64,000 nt of DNA, from positions 2,108,001 through 2,172,000 of the forward strand of contig CATNEN010000001.1 of NCBI GenBank assembly GCA_950097015.1, given 5' to 3'. Source of the DNA: Macrostomum hystrix. Its lineage: Eukaryota > Animalia > Platyhelminthes. The position numbers and the translations under genes are program-made. This document shows, piece by piece, positions 49,325-62,814 of this stretch; position 1 is the stretch's first letter; every line of letters starts with the position of its first letter. The notes under the pieces are model-generated. The model saw nothing but the letters and a program-made list of their open reading frames with translations, did not search any database and was not told the DNA's origin.

Positions 49325-51455
49325 CTGCTTGAATCACACACTGGAATCGCAGCTGAAGTCACACAATGGAATCGCAGCTGGAGTCACATACTGGAATCGC
49401 AGCTGGAGTCAGATACTAGAATCGCAGCTTGAGTCACACACTGGAATCGCAGCTGAAGTCACACAATGGAATCGCAGCTGGAGTCACATACTGGAATCGC
49501 AGCTGAAGTCACATACTAGAATCGCAGCTGGAGTCACATACTGGAATCGCAGCTGGAGTCACATACTAGAATCGCAGCTGGAGTCACATACTAGAATCGC
49601 AGCTGGAGTCACATACTAGAATCGCAGCTGGAGTCAGATACTAGAATCGCAACTGGAGTCAGATACTAGAATCGCAGCTGGAGTCACATACTAGAATCGC
49701 AGCTGGAGTCACATACTAGAATCGCAGCTGGAGTCAGATACTAGAATCGCAGCTGGAGTCAGATACTAGAATCGCAACTGGAGTCAGATACTGGAATCGC
49801 AGCTGGAGTCACATACTGGAATCGCAGCTGGAGTCAGATACTGGAATCGCAGCTGGAGTCAGATACTGGAATCGCAGCTGGAGTCAGATACTGGAATCGC
49901 AGCTGGAGTCAGATACTAGAATCGCAGCTGGAGTCACACACTGGAATCGCAGCTGGAGTCACATACCGGAATCACAGCTGGAGTCAGATACTAGAATCGC
50001 AGCTGGAGTCAGATACTAGAATCGCAGCTGGAGTCAGATACTAGAATCGCAGCTGGAGTCAGATACTAGAATCGCAGCTGGAGTCAGATACTAGAATCGC
50101 AGCTGGAGTCAGATACTAGAATCGCAGCTGGAGTCAGATACTAGAATCGCAGCTGGAGTCAGATACTAGAATCGCAGCTGGAGTCAGATACTAGAATCGC
50201 AGCTGGAGTCACATACTAGAATCGCAGCTGAAGTCAGATACTAGAATCGCAGCTGGAGTCAGATACTAGAATCGCAGCTGGAGTCACATACTAGAATCGC
50301 AGCTGGAGTCACATACTAGAATCGCAGTTGAAGTCAGATACTGGAATCGCAGCTGGAGTCACATACTAGAATCGCAGCTGAAGTCAGATACTGGAATCGC
50401 AGCTCGAGTCAGATACTAGAATCGCAGCTGGAGTCACATACTAGAAACGCAGCTGGAGTCACATACTGGAATCGCAGCTGGAGTCAGATACTGGAATCGC
50501 AGCTGGAGTCACACAATGGAATCGCAGCTGGAGTCGCATACTGGAATCGCAGCTGGAGTCACATACTAGAATCGCAGCTGGAGTCACATACTGGAATCGC
50601 AGCTGGAGTCAGATACTAGAATCGCAGCTGGAGTCACACACTGGAATCGCAGCTGAAGTCACACAATGGAATCGCAGCTGGAGTCACATACTAGAATCGC
50701 AGCTGGAGTCAGATACTAGAATCGCAGCTGGAGTCACATACTAGAATCGCAGCTGAAGTCAGATACTAGAATCGCAGCTGGAGTCAGATACTAGAATCGC
50801 AGCTGGAGTCACATACTAGAATCGCAGCTGGAGTCACATACTAGAATCGCAGCTGAAGTCAGATACTGGAATCGCAGCTGGAGTCACATACTAGAATCGC
50901 AGCTGAAGTCAGATACTGGAATCGCAGCTCGAGTCAGATACTAGAATCGCAGCTGGAGTCACATACTAGAAACGCAGCTGGAGTCACATACTGGAATCGC
51001 AGCTGGAGTCAGATACTGGAATCGCAGCTGGAGTCGCATACTGGAATCGCAGCTGGAGTCACACACTGGAATCGCAGCTGAAGTCACACAATGGAATCGC
51101 AGCTGGAGTCGCATACTGGAATCGCAGCTGGAGTCACATACTAGAATCGCAGCTGGAGTCACATACTAGAATCGCAGCTGGAGTCACATACTGGAATCGC
51201 AGCTGGAGTCAGATACTGGAATCGCAGCTGGAGTCAGATACTAGAATCGCAGCTGGAGTCACATACTGGAATCGCAGCTGGAGTCACATACTGGAATCGC
51301 AGCTGGAGTCAGATACTGGAATCGCAGCTGGAGTCGCATACTGGAATCGCAGCTGGAGTCACATACTAGAATCGCAGCTGGAGTCACATACTAGAATCGC
51401 AGCTGGAGTCAGATACTGGAATCGCAGCTGGAGTCAGATACTAGAATCGCAAGCT
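49325..51455. repeat. 25-bp minisatellite (GAATCGCAGCTGGAGTCACATACTA)n
   Basis: About 85 tandem units. Confidence 0.98.
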
Positions 51456-52594
51456 GGACCACAGCTATTGAAAATAATTTTTTAGCTGTTTTTCTGACAA
51501 TATTGTCATTTCTAGACAGCATTGTAGGACTGTCAGAACAAGACTGGTGATGGATTAAAGCAGAAAATACGAGCTATTTCTGATAGTGAGGATATAGCGA
51601 AGCACAGACTGAATATGTCAGTGAGTGTGTGATTTGAAACATCTCAGTTTTACTACAGATTAGGCCAGATGAAGATGATTAAACTTCCTGAAAGCTAACA
51701 CTAGTCTTTCTGAGAAAAACGGAAAACAGCATAGAATCTTACCTTGAAGGTGACAAAGCGCGATATTCTCACACCATACCCCATCCAACGTGGCAAATGA
51801 GAATTTCTTCACTTTGTCGTCAAGCTGTCAAGAAAATGCTGGCTGGCTCGCGATTTCACTTAGAAATGGAAATGACGCATTCCTGTTTCGGCATGAAAGT
51901 GACGCTGCTATTCAGCTAAACAGGAAGGATTTGAGCAGAGAGAAAACGGTTCAGCTATCTCAAAAGGATTTTGATAGTAGCTAATTGCCACCGTACCATC
52001 TACCCAGTGTTAGTCTTGCTCGAATGCTTTGATCAAGGCTGTGGCTGTTGCCTGTAGGCTTGATACAGTTTTTCATCTACCGCTATGTCAGCAGGGTTTA
52101 GTAATTTGCTTCTGGCATTTCTTCCTCAATTGCTTGGGCAATTTTCTAGAGAGGGACTTTTAATTTTTTTTTACTTTTAGTTAAAGAATTTCTTAGGTTT
52201 GTTTCCGAGACTTCCGAAACGTTTGTTTTTGTTGAAAACGGAAAGAGCAGGTTGTCGTTAATTTAATTAGACAGTATGTTTAAGAACGTCCGCCCAGTGA
52301 ATTCTAGAGAATGTGAAAACATGACTCAAATTTAATTTTGCCATGCTTTTAATTTTCTTCTTTAGGTAAAAATCCAAAAAATATAATATCAGATTTTTAG
52401 CTACGCTGACTACTAACAAATGAAGCAGTAGTATGGTTTTATAAATCAATAACTGAGAAGTTATTCGCACCCGAGAGAAATTCGCACAATTAAAATCGAA
52501 CGCTCTAGACCTTTTTATCACTTCAGTCAGGCCTCTTTTACTCATTGCCCCTACTAAGACTTTCATAAATCTCATTCCTAACTCTCAATTCACA

Positions 52595-54272
52595 CTTTAA
52601 TTGAACAGCCACCTCACTCCCTGACCCTCCTCACACATTAGTTGAACAGCCACCTCACTCCCTGTCCCTCCTCACACATTAGTTGAACATCCACCTCACT
52701 CCCTGTCCCTCCTCACACATTAATTGAACAGCCACCTCACTCCCTGACCCTCCTCACACATTAGTTGAACAGCCACCTCACTCCCTGTCCCTCCTCACAC
52801 ATTAGTTGAACATCCACCTCACTCCCTGTCCCTCCTCGCACATTAGTTGAACAGCCACCTCACTCCCTGTCCCTCCTCACACATTAGTTGAACATCCACC
52901 TCACTCCCTGTCCCTCCTCACACATTAGTTGAACAGCCACATCACTCCCTGTCCCTCCTCACACATTAGTTGAACATCCACCTCACTCCCTGTCCCTCCT
53001 CGCACATTAGTTGAACAGCCACCTCACTCCCTGTCCCTCCTCACACATTAGTTGAACATCCACCTCACTCCCTGTCCCTCCTCACACATTAGTTGAACAG
53101 CCACATCACTCCCTGTCCCTCCTCACACATTAGTTGAACATCCACCTCACTCCCTGTCCCTCCTCACACATTAGTTGAACAGCCACATCACTCCCTGTCC
53201 CTCCTCACACATTAGTTGAACAGCCACCTCACTCCCTGTCCCTCCTCACACATTAATTGAACAGCCACCTCACTCCCTGTCCCTCCTCACACATTAGTTG
53301 AACAGCCACATCACTCCCTGTCCCTCCTCACACATTAGTTGAACAGCCACCTCACTCCCTGTCCCTCCTCACACATTAGTTGAACAGCCACATCACTCCC
53401 TGTCCCTCCTCACACATTAGTTGAACAGCCACCTCACTCCCTGTCCCTCCTCACACATTAGTTGAACAGCCACCTCACTCCCTGTCCCTCCTCACACATT
53501 AGTTGAACAGCCACCTCACTCCCTGTCCCTCCTCACACATTAGTTGAACATCCACCTCACTCCCTGTCCCTCCTCACACATTAGTTGAACAGCCACCTCA
53601 CTCCCTGTCCCTCCTCACACATTAGTTGAACATCCACCTCACTCCCTGTCCCTCCTCACACATTAGTTGAACAGCCACCTCACTCCCTGTCCCTCCTCAC
53701 ACATTAGTTGAACAGCCACCTCACTCCCTGTCCCTCCTCACACATTAGTTGAACAGCCACCTCACTCCCTGTCCCTCCTCACACATTAGTTGAACAGCCA
53801 CCTCACTCCCTGTCCCTCCTCACACATTAGTTGAACAGCCACCTCACTCCCTGTCCCTCCTCACACATTAGTTGAACAGCCACCTCACTCCCTGTCCCTC
53901 CTCACACATTAGTTGAACAGCCACCTCACTCCCTGTCCCTCCTCACACATTAGTTGAACAGCCACCTCACTCCCTGTCCCTCCTCACACATTAGTTGAAC
54001 AGCCACCTCACTCCCTGTCCCTCCTCACACATTAGTTGAACATCCACCTCACTCCCTGTCCCTCCTCACACATTAGTTGAACAGCCACCTCACTCCCTGT
54101 CCCTCCTCACACATTAGTTGAACATCCACCTCACTCCCTGTCCCTCCTCACACATTAGTTGAACAGCCACATCACTCCCTGTCCCTCCTCACACATTAGT
54201 TGAACAGCCACATCACTCCCTGTCCCTCCTCACACATTAGTTGAGCAGCAACCTCACTCCCTGTCCCTCCTG
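52595..54272. repeat. 41-bp minisatellite (TTAGTTGAACAGCCACCTCACTCCCTGTCCCTCCTCACACA)n
   Basis: About 40 highly homogeneous units. Confidence 0.98.
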
Positions 54273-55069
54273 ACAGTTTTATTAGTGTCGTCGTACTTTT
54301 GTTTCTGGCAGCAATATTTGTTTTGTCCTACAGAAATTGTTATAAAATTGCCAAGCTTTTCGTCCGGTACAAAAATTTGAGCACTAAAGTTCTTTTGGTT
54401 CTCGTAGGCCTTTTCGCAAAGAACGTGTTCATAAATTTTTCTTGTACGCGCTAGAGAGAGAGAAGAGAGAAGCAGAAGCAGTTTTGGGGTCCGCAGCAAC
54501 AGAAATAAGCAAGGTCTCTCGAGCTGAGTTTGGGGGGAGCTGAAGCCACGGGGGAAGCGAAAAAAAACTTCTAATTCATAAATTATAGCTCTCCAGCAAA
54601 AGGAACAGTTTCAGAACAGGTCCGAAAAAGCGGCAAGAATTGAAAGATTGTAAAAAATGGAAAACCTGCATATTAGGCCTCAATAAACACTATACTCGTC
54701 CTGTTCAGATCCACCGTCTTTAGACCCTCCCAAACCGAGTGTGTGGGGATTATTCTCCCAGTCTTTACGTGTGATCCCAAAGAAAAAAATAGACGAACGA
54801 ATCTCGACCCCAATGTCTTTCTTGCCTCTAAGGCCTCGAGCTCAAAGATCGTAAACTGGGACTTGCTCTCGAATTTCAAGTCTGATCCCAACAGATTTAC
54901 TTTGATGAAGGATCAGCTATAGTTTTATAGCGCAGTTGTCAGCTGCTTAGATTTCCTACCCGGGCTTAATCAGCTGTCTTATTTTCAGCTGTTGAATTGG
55001 AAACGTGAGTTGTCAGTGTGAATTCGGACAGAGTGGGACAAAAAGAGAAGAAAAGAAAGAAAATAAGCG

Positions 55070-56505
55070 CGAATGAGAGATGAGACACGGAAGAGATGAG
55101 ACACGTGAGAGATGAGACACGGGAGAGATGAGACACGGAAGAAATGAGACACAGTAGAGATGAGACACGGAAGAAATGAGACACAATAGAGATGAGACAG
55201 GGGAGAGATGAGACACGGAAGAAATGAGACACAATAGAGATGAGACAGGGGAGAGATGAGACACTGTAGAGATGAGACACGGGAGAGATAAGACACAGGA
55301 GAGATGAGATACGGGATAGATGAGACACGGAAGAAATGAGACACAATAGAGATGAGACAGGGGAGAGATGAGACACTGTAGAGATGAGACACGGGAGAGA
55401 TAAGACACAGGAGAGATGAGATACGGGATAGATGAGGCAGCGAGAGATGAGACAGGGGAGAGATGAGACACGGGAGAGATAAGACACGGAAGAGATGAGA
55501 CAGGGGAGAGATAAGACACGTGAGAGATGAGACAGGGGAGAGATGAGACACGTGAGAGATGAGACACGGGAGAGATAAGACACAGGAGAGATGAGATACG
55601 GGATAGATGAGGCAGCGAGAGATGAGACAGGGGAGAGATGAGACACGGGAGAGATAAGACACGGAAGAGATGAGACACGGAAGAGATGAGACAGGGGAGA
55701 GATAAGACACGGGAGAGATAAGACACGGAAGAGATGAGACAGGGGAGAGATGAGACACGTGAGAGATGAGACAGGGGAGAGATGAGACACGTGAGAGATG
55801 AGACACGGGAGAGATGAGACACGGAAGAAATGAGACACAGTAGAGATGAGACACGGAAGAAATGAGACACAGTAGAGATGTGACACAGTAGAGATGAGAC
55901 ACTATAGAGATGAGAAACGGGAGAGATGAGACACTGTAGAGATGAGACACGGGAGAGATGAGACACGGGAGAGATGAGATACGGGATAGATGAGGCAGCG
56001 AGAGATGAGACAGGACAGAGAAGAGAAAATCAGAACGAAGAGACTTGTGAGAAACAACTGCAGAGATTAATTGAGGGTGGTATGAGACAGGGAGAGACAT
56101 CAGACACGGGAGAGGTGAGACACGGGAGAGATGAGATACGGGATAGATGAGGCAGCGAGAGATGAGACAGGGGAGAGATAAGACACGGAAGAGATGAGAC
56201 AGGGGAGAGATAAGACACGGAAGAGATGAGACAGGGGAGAGATGAGACATGGGAGAGATAAAACACGGAAGAGATGAGACAGGGGATAGATGAGACACTG
56301 TAGAGATGAGACACGGGAGAGATGAGACACGGGAGAGATGAGACACGGGAGAGATGAGATACGGGATAGATGAGGCAGCGAGAGATGAGACAGGACAGAG
56401 AAGAGAAAATCAGATCGAAGAGACTTGTGAGAAACAACTGCAGAGATTAATTAAGGGTGGTATGAGACAGGGAGAGACATCAGACACGGGAGAGGTGAGA
56501 CAAGA
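55070..56505. repeat. 16-bp purine-rich satellite (GAGACACGGGAGAGAT)n with higher-order duplications
   Basis: Same unit as inside the hAT MITEs. A ~130-bp unique block is duplicated at ~56000 and ~56370. Confidence 0.95.
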
Positions 56506-57525
56506 TATACAAGACAGAGTAGAGAAGAAGGGCCCAGGAGCTTTAAGTGTCGGAGGATGTCAACCCCTTGTGCAATTTAGGTCGTAATAGCTCGTACAAC
56601 TTACTAGTTCAAGCCCTGGCATGCACTGCCGCTGAATCAGGAACCTAAAAGTCCGGAGAACCTCAGGACTATACCCTGTCCAGTGATTTACTCAGCGCAT
56701 GAATTGAGAGGAAGCCTGCTTTCAACAATCCGCTAATCAGCCTCTTCAATCACGTCGTATCCTCAAAGGTTGATGTCTCAACAAAGCAGATCGGAAGTTG
56801 CTAGTAAATGAGATGGAAAGACTTCAGAGCTACAATGGGTATCAATCTTTAGTTTGCACACGAGCCTTATCAACCACACTAGAGTTGACGATAGAAAAAA
56901 ACAAGGAAGAAAAAAGAAAATGAGTAGACAGATTCAATAGTAGAAGCATCCGCTGTGATTCTATAGACAGAGTCTGTTAAAGAAGGATTGATTAGTAAAT
57001 GAGCCTGGCGCCTAAGCCCACCATTAAAATAGTTCACACAGAGCCGCTTTATGAACCAAACATCAAAGAAAAATAGTATAAGCTGCGCGCGTGCTCGTAG
57101 TGCTAATAATATTTGCTTTTATGATCAAACTTATCTTCTAAAACTATACTGGTATAATTTAATTTTACTTTCTTAATTTTACTTAAAGTAAAACTTGATA
57201 GGACTAATTATTTTTTTCAGAAACAATGACACTGTCATTGACTATTAATATGTTTCATTTGTTTATGAGATCACTGCTAAAAAATACGCTCAAATCGGCA
57301 GAGAAAACAAATTACGAGCTAAAATGAAAATTAATGGATGGAACTGCTTTGTGTCCTATGCTTCATGGTACAATGCACCCTGGAACAGGAACAGAACACT
57401 GAAATAAGGTTGACACAAAAATACATAAATGAATAGCATAAAATAATTGTATACAATAAACACAATGGCAATACTAGCGAGTGCTATGAGCCAGAAAAAA
57501 GCGTGTTTCAAAGCAAAAAGCCAGG

Positions 57526-58812
57526 TTAGGCCATCCAGGCCCTGACACTGGTATCATTGTTATTCCTCATCAGTTCCTGGTACCGTCGCCAGAAGCCACG
57601 CATTCTTCGCGGCGTCAAGTCTGTAGCAGACATCACTAGGCCCCGCATAAAAGCAGCCGCGTTCAGGCTGCCAGCGTGGTTGAAGAACTGGCAGGCAAAG
57701 CCGGAATTCTCGGGCGCGAGCTGCAGTCCCAGCGCAGCTGGCAAAATTCCGGTCACAAAGGCGTCTTCAACTGGGAGGAGGGGAAACAGCGCCGCTGCTG
57801 CCACCAGGTTGCACGCGTCCACCCGTAGGACGTAGGCGCCGCCGAACATGTAGTCGGGAAACTTGGACAACGGGTAATCTTCTGTGGAGACTAGCCAACG
57901 GCCTTGCCTGCGCACGACCGGTGCTCTATAAACGTAGCCAGCAATGTACTGCAGGCCGGGGAACCTGGCCTTGTGCCGTTCCAACCAAAGGTAGCGCAGG
58001 GCGGGCAGGTTCAGCACAGAGTCGTCGTCAACCTTCGCAATCATCTCAACGCCTGGACAGCGCTGGCAGGCGAACTGTAACGCTGCCAGAACTTTGAGCG
58101 TCAAGTGACGGTATGTGTCAAGAAAATCGGGTACTAGGACTATATCGCCATAGTTGTTGATCTCTTGGGCTAGCTGATGAGAAACCGTTGTATTTTCGTT
58201 CCCCGCTAAGAAGAACACAACTCTCGCACCTGCTGTGGCAGCCTCCGATGCCCAGGTCTGTCTGATGGCCTGGCGGCGTTCAACCGCTGACCGGGTTGTC
58301 ATGACGGCAACTAAGATTTTATCCACACCAGGACGACAAGAGGCTCTGCCGGCTCTGCCTAAGAAATTAAATTGAAGTTGCTGACTGTTTTTTCTGCGCA
58401 CAATGGCTTCCGCTGATAGAGGCGCCGTCGATGATTGTTGAATGCGTCGGGTAAGATCAAAGTAAGCCGCCGTAGCTGTGGCAGAAGTGGATAATTCGAT
58501 ATCGTTTTCACCCGTCGGAGCAGGCGGTTTGGCCAGCTCGAATCCAGCTGATTTCAGCGCAAATAGGTCGAATTTGTTTTCGGCCTTGGCTACAACAGGA
58601 AAGTACATGAGCGAGGAGGACTCTGCTTGTTGACGAAACAGCTGTCTAGCTGGTGGATGCTGCGGCGGGTTGCGAAGTGATCTTTGAAGTTGCTGCAGCT
58701 GCTGCTGCGCAGAAAACGCGGGTGGCACCTGAACTGGCAGCGATAAGCCCAGTAGACGCCAGAGGAGGCACACACTTGCCAGACAGTAGGCAACTAGAAC
58801 GAGAAGGCGTGC
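57526..58812 (-). CDS. Beta-1,3-galactosyltransferase family protein (GT31); 5' exon/start uncertain
   Basis: N-terminal TM segment, RRQAIRQTWA, EINNYGDI, DTYRHLTLK, KVDDDS, FPDYMFGGAYV and VEDAFVTG. Acceptor TTTCAG at 58813-58818. Confidence 0.9.
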   Translation of the reverse strand, partial: ARLLVLVAYCLASVCLLWRLLGLSLPVQVPPAFSAQQQLQQLQRSLRNPPQHPPARQLFRQQAESSSLMYFPVVAKAENKFDLFALKSAGFELAKPPAPTGENDIELSTSATATAAYFDLTRRIQQSSTAPLSAEAIVRRKNSQQLQFNFLGRAGRASCRPGVDKILVAVMTTRSAVERRQAIRQTWASEAATAGARVVFFLAGNENTTVSHQLAQEINNYGDIVLVPDFLDTYRHLTLKVLAALQFACQRCPGVEMIAKVDDDSVLNLPALRYLWLERHKARFPGLQYIAGYVYRAPVVRRQGRWLVSTEDYPLSKFPDYMFGGAYVLRVDACNLVAAAALFPLLPVEDAFVTGILPAALGLQLAPENSGFACQFFNHAGSLNAAAFMRGLVMSATDLTPRRMRGFWRRYQELMRNNNDTSVRAWMA

Positions 58813-59984
58813 CTGAAATAATGGAATTACCAACGTGAGTTGTAATAGTTTTTCTGTGTTTAGTGACAAAAAGTATTGAGCTTTTAGTATTGGTTACTTT
58901 CACACGTATATAAACATGCAGTTCGTTTGAGCCTACTCATCTTCATAGAATGTACTTTTATTCTCGGATATTTGACTGCAAAGCTACACGATTCTCGCAG
59001 CCCTCAGCCCTCAGTTCTTTTCTCTAATTTGCATTCACCTCGCCTTGCAGAGTCGTTGCAAACGCCCATCCCCAGGGTACGCGATGATTAGTCCTAATTT
59101 CCGCTAGACGGATTACCAGCTATCGGCTTTGCTTGGTTTGATTAGCAACCGCCAGACCGGGCGGATGTGAGCAATTTCCCATTGCTAACGGTCCTGAAGT
59201 CAACTGCCTATGCACCCGATATAAAACTTTTCTCTTAAAGACAAGAAGATCCTTTGCCTTGCGTATGCATTCAGGAAATTAATAGCCTCTAGCTTTACTA
59301 GTAAGGGACAGAAATGATCGTCTATCATCCGTTCCGAATTTAAGCTGCGAAATTTCAGCCTACTTCATCGCGACGTCACTTTGCCCTCATCTCTTCCCGT
59401 CCACCCGTCGGAGAGCACGCTTCTCTAGTTGATTGCTAGCGGTCAACTCGTTCTGGTCTGGTCTGGTCTGGTCTGGTCTGGCAGCAGCATAGGCGCCTTA
59501 CTGCTTATCCGATGCCATGCAATGCCGCCCTATACTAGGCTCCTCCGATAGATTTCTCAAAGTCACGATCGCGCAAATATTCTGTCCTCGGTGCGGGCGG
59601 AGGAGGAGGAGAGGGCGGTTAACTCTGAAGCAGGACTCACGAAATCAGAAATTCAGTCGAATTTCGTCTTCCGACCAGCCAGCTCAACGCTGCACCAAGG
59701 CGCTCTTCCAACTATTTGCTCTTGCTTTCTCTCTCCCCGCTCTCTACTCCACTCAGCCAGACCATTTCCACTTGAGTCCATCTGGCATTGCCGACTAAAG
59801 AGAGCTGTGGTTCTGAACCGATATGCAAATCCCATTCGCGCATTGGCCGCCCCCCTCAGGCTCACTTCCTCCGACTGATTGGGGGATGCGGGCCTTCTGG
59901 GGAGAGGCAGAAAATTGATTTCCACCAATATTTTTATATGCGATTCCACTTAAAAAAGAAGAACGAATATATTGTGCGGCGCAT

Positions 59985-60170
59985 CTGAAGGTGTTCAGTC
60001 CATAGACTGGGGGGACGCCACACTTACCCACAATTGCCCCAACTAATGCTGGATTCCATTTGGTGAACTGAAGCAATGAAGAGTTGAGTGTCTCGCCTGA
60101 GGATATAAATCGTTCATGTGGGACCGGTAATCGAACCCCCGACCTTAAAGTCATGATTCCGACGGTAAAA
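59985..60170 (-). mobile_element. CORE-like SINE family 2, second copy
   Basis: Shares GTTCAGTCCAT.GACTGG, GGTGAACTGAAGCAATG and AATCGAAC..CCGACCTT with 42810-43045. Confidence 0.75.
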
Positions 60171-62814
60171 TGATTACCATAGTTTATTATAATCAACTGT
60201 GCATGAAACGAGCTAAGACTAGACGTTATAGTTGCACTTTTAGCTACATAATAATCTGAAGTAAATTAGGAAAGTAGTTTATATAAATTTATTTTTTCTT
60301 TTGCACTTCATCTGGCAGATTCTCTATTTTTTCATTCCCTATTATTTATTATTTTCAGTTTACCAGCGCCGTCAGTAGCAGCAAAGAATCATCAAAATTG
60401 ATGGAGCGGTTGCATACGAAGACAGAAAAGCCAAAATACGCCACAATTCTTAGTCCAAATGTCACAGTTTAGTAAATTTCTTTGCTTCTATGGAGTAAGA
60501 AACAGTTTCGTGCGTGATTGTCGCTTCTAGTCATCACACACGACCTCGAGGGACGGCTTCGTCATTTCAGGACTAGCGAAAACAGCTGCACATCTTTTAT
60601 TACTGAACGACTGGTAAAACAAAAATATAGAAACTACGATGGTAAAGCGCCTAGGCAGATTATAATCTAGAGAGACGTACACATATTGTCACTGTATTCT
60701 TATACTTGAACATTTAAAATTACTTCTGATGGACGCAAAAATATATTTTAAAAATATTTAATTTAAAGTAGTAAAACATTTATCTCACTTACTGTTAGTT
60801 TTGAATTCTTCATTTTATCCATTAAGGACGACACTATTGATGATGCTGAATATGCGACTTCTGGTTCTGCCTCTTTTTATCTGCGAAACGGAACGCAAAA
60901 TTCAGCATTTTTCAACTCCCGTTTCAAACTGGAGCAGACTTTTGTGGGCTCTGTATAGCGGGTCAGGCTAGGGGAGGCTGCAAAGGGTGCCCAGCCAACG
61001 ATGTGAGAGATTGGGAGACACAGACAGAGAGATAGAGAAAGAAAGACAGAAATATGGATTGATGGAGAGAGCAGGAAGCGCTGGAAACAAACCTGCAACT
61101 CAGCTGCGAGGCCGATGAGCACACCAGACAGACAGATGGCGGAACAGAAGCGACGGAAAGTCAAGCTGAGGATGAAAAAAGCAGCCATAATGCGCTAACC
61201 GGATTGGGAGCTGGCAAAATACTGACTGTTGTCCTCAGAAACTCAAACGGCGGTATGGTGGATGGAAATTGTACAACTAAAAACTAAAGGGAGTTGGGTA
61301 GTTAAGGGAAGACAATGTGAGGCACTTTTGCCGCGGGTGTCTTCTTTCGGTGACTTTGCGTGTTTGCCTGTCTCTCTGTCTGTCTCTTTCTGTATAGCGT
61401 GTAGTGGGCGGGGTCTTACCTGAATGGGGCAGGTAGCAGTGGGAGAGAGGCTGTGCAGTTTTTTAAGTAGGTGTATCAATTCCCGACCGATCCTTTCTTC
61501 TTCCTCGTCTTTGTAAGATTCGCCACTAGAGAAACATCGCCAGGATTGGGGATTGCAAGAGAACTATGGCATAGCGAAGCCCCTTAAACCCCATGAGCCA
61601 ATCAGGATGCGAGGCATAGCCTAGTAGGCTAGTAGGCTCGCGTTGAGAGACAACCGCGGGAGCAGCAGCTGCCGCCTCTTCATTTTCTTCCCAAACCCGG
61701 CCGGGCAAACAGCTATGTGGTCCTTACCGTTCTCCCCTCTCAACACATGCGAAGCTGCCACGAAAGAGGCCCCTTTAGAGGAAGGAGAAAGCGGGGGAAT
61801 GTTGCGGGGCAGATGACTCAACCCTGCCCTGAAAATGACGGATAATCAGCTGTTCGCCTGACTGTGGATTACGTCACTCGCTATCTGGCTGTTAAAATCC
61901 TTGGCCTGTCATCACCTCACAGGAATTCCATATTCGTTGCCTTTGAAATGTTTTCGTTGTAAATTTCCGTCGTGCGCCGGCGTTTTTTTTCTGTGGAAAA
62001 TGACGAACGTCACTTATTGATGAAAATTCATTAAACTGTACAGTAGCAGTCTGGCAAATATTAATCGTAATTAAAATTTCCTTCTTTTTCAATTTAAGTT
62101 TAATTACACAAAAGAATGCTAGCATGAAATCACAAAGCTACAAGCTCTGATCGCTACTGCACCCGAGAAACCAAATATCCAATTTGAAGATGGAAGTTCG
62201 TTAGGGAAAAAACCTGTTCTCGTAGGCAAATATTAAATAAAATAAAAACTGCACAATATTTTGTCGAGTAGTGCACCGGTGAAAGTCTTCAACCAAACAG
62301 CGGAGAGAAAACAGTCCTTGGCTGAATAATTCAGCAGCCATCATGAAGCTTCTCTGGACCCTTCCCTGTACCAATCGCTGCCGCCTCTCCACAGGTCGAT
62401 AATTCATTCGACTCAGCAGGCAACAGCACCTCCCCCTCCTGGGAGCCGGGAGGAAGCACGCCCTGGCTAACCATCTCGCTGCTTGGGGTGAGGAAAAAAA
62501 TTAATGGGGAAGCGACGAGGAGAAAGCGAGAGGCTAGGATAAGAGAGGCCGGAGGGTGAGGATTTTAGCGCTCGATCAGTTCGCTGCCCGCAGGAAATGG
62601 GATTTGCTAAGCCGTCTGGAAAAAGCGCAAGAATAAAAACGAGAGAATCGAGGAAAGACGAACTTAACGGCTGAGAGACGCAATCGATGAGGCATGAGAG
62701 GCTAGGAGAGAGAAGAAAAGAACAGGTGCCATGATGAGCAAGCGATAGGGGATGCACAAAATTAAGGGACTCGACTGCGGCCTGCCAGGGGCTTGTTCAA
62801 ACTAATAGCTCGAT

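Noticed and set aside
54966-56437. 300-450 aa Ser/Leu/Cys-rich ORFs
   Set aside because: Translation of the 16-bp satellite, whose pyrimidine strand lacks stop codons.
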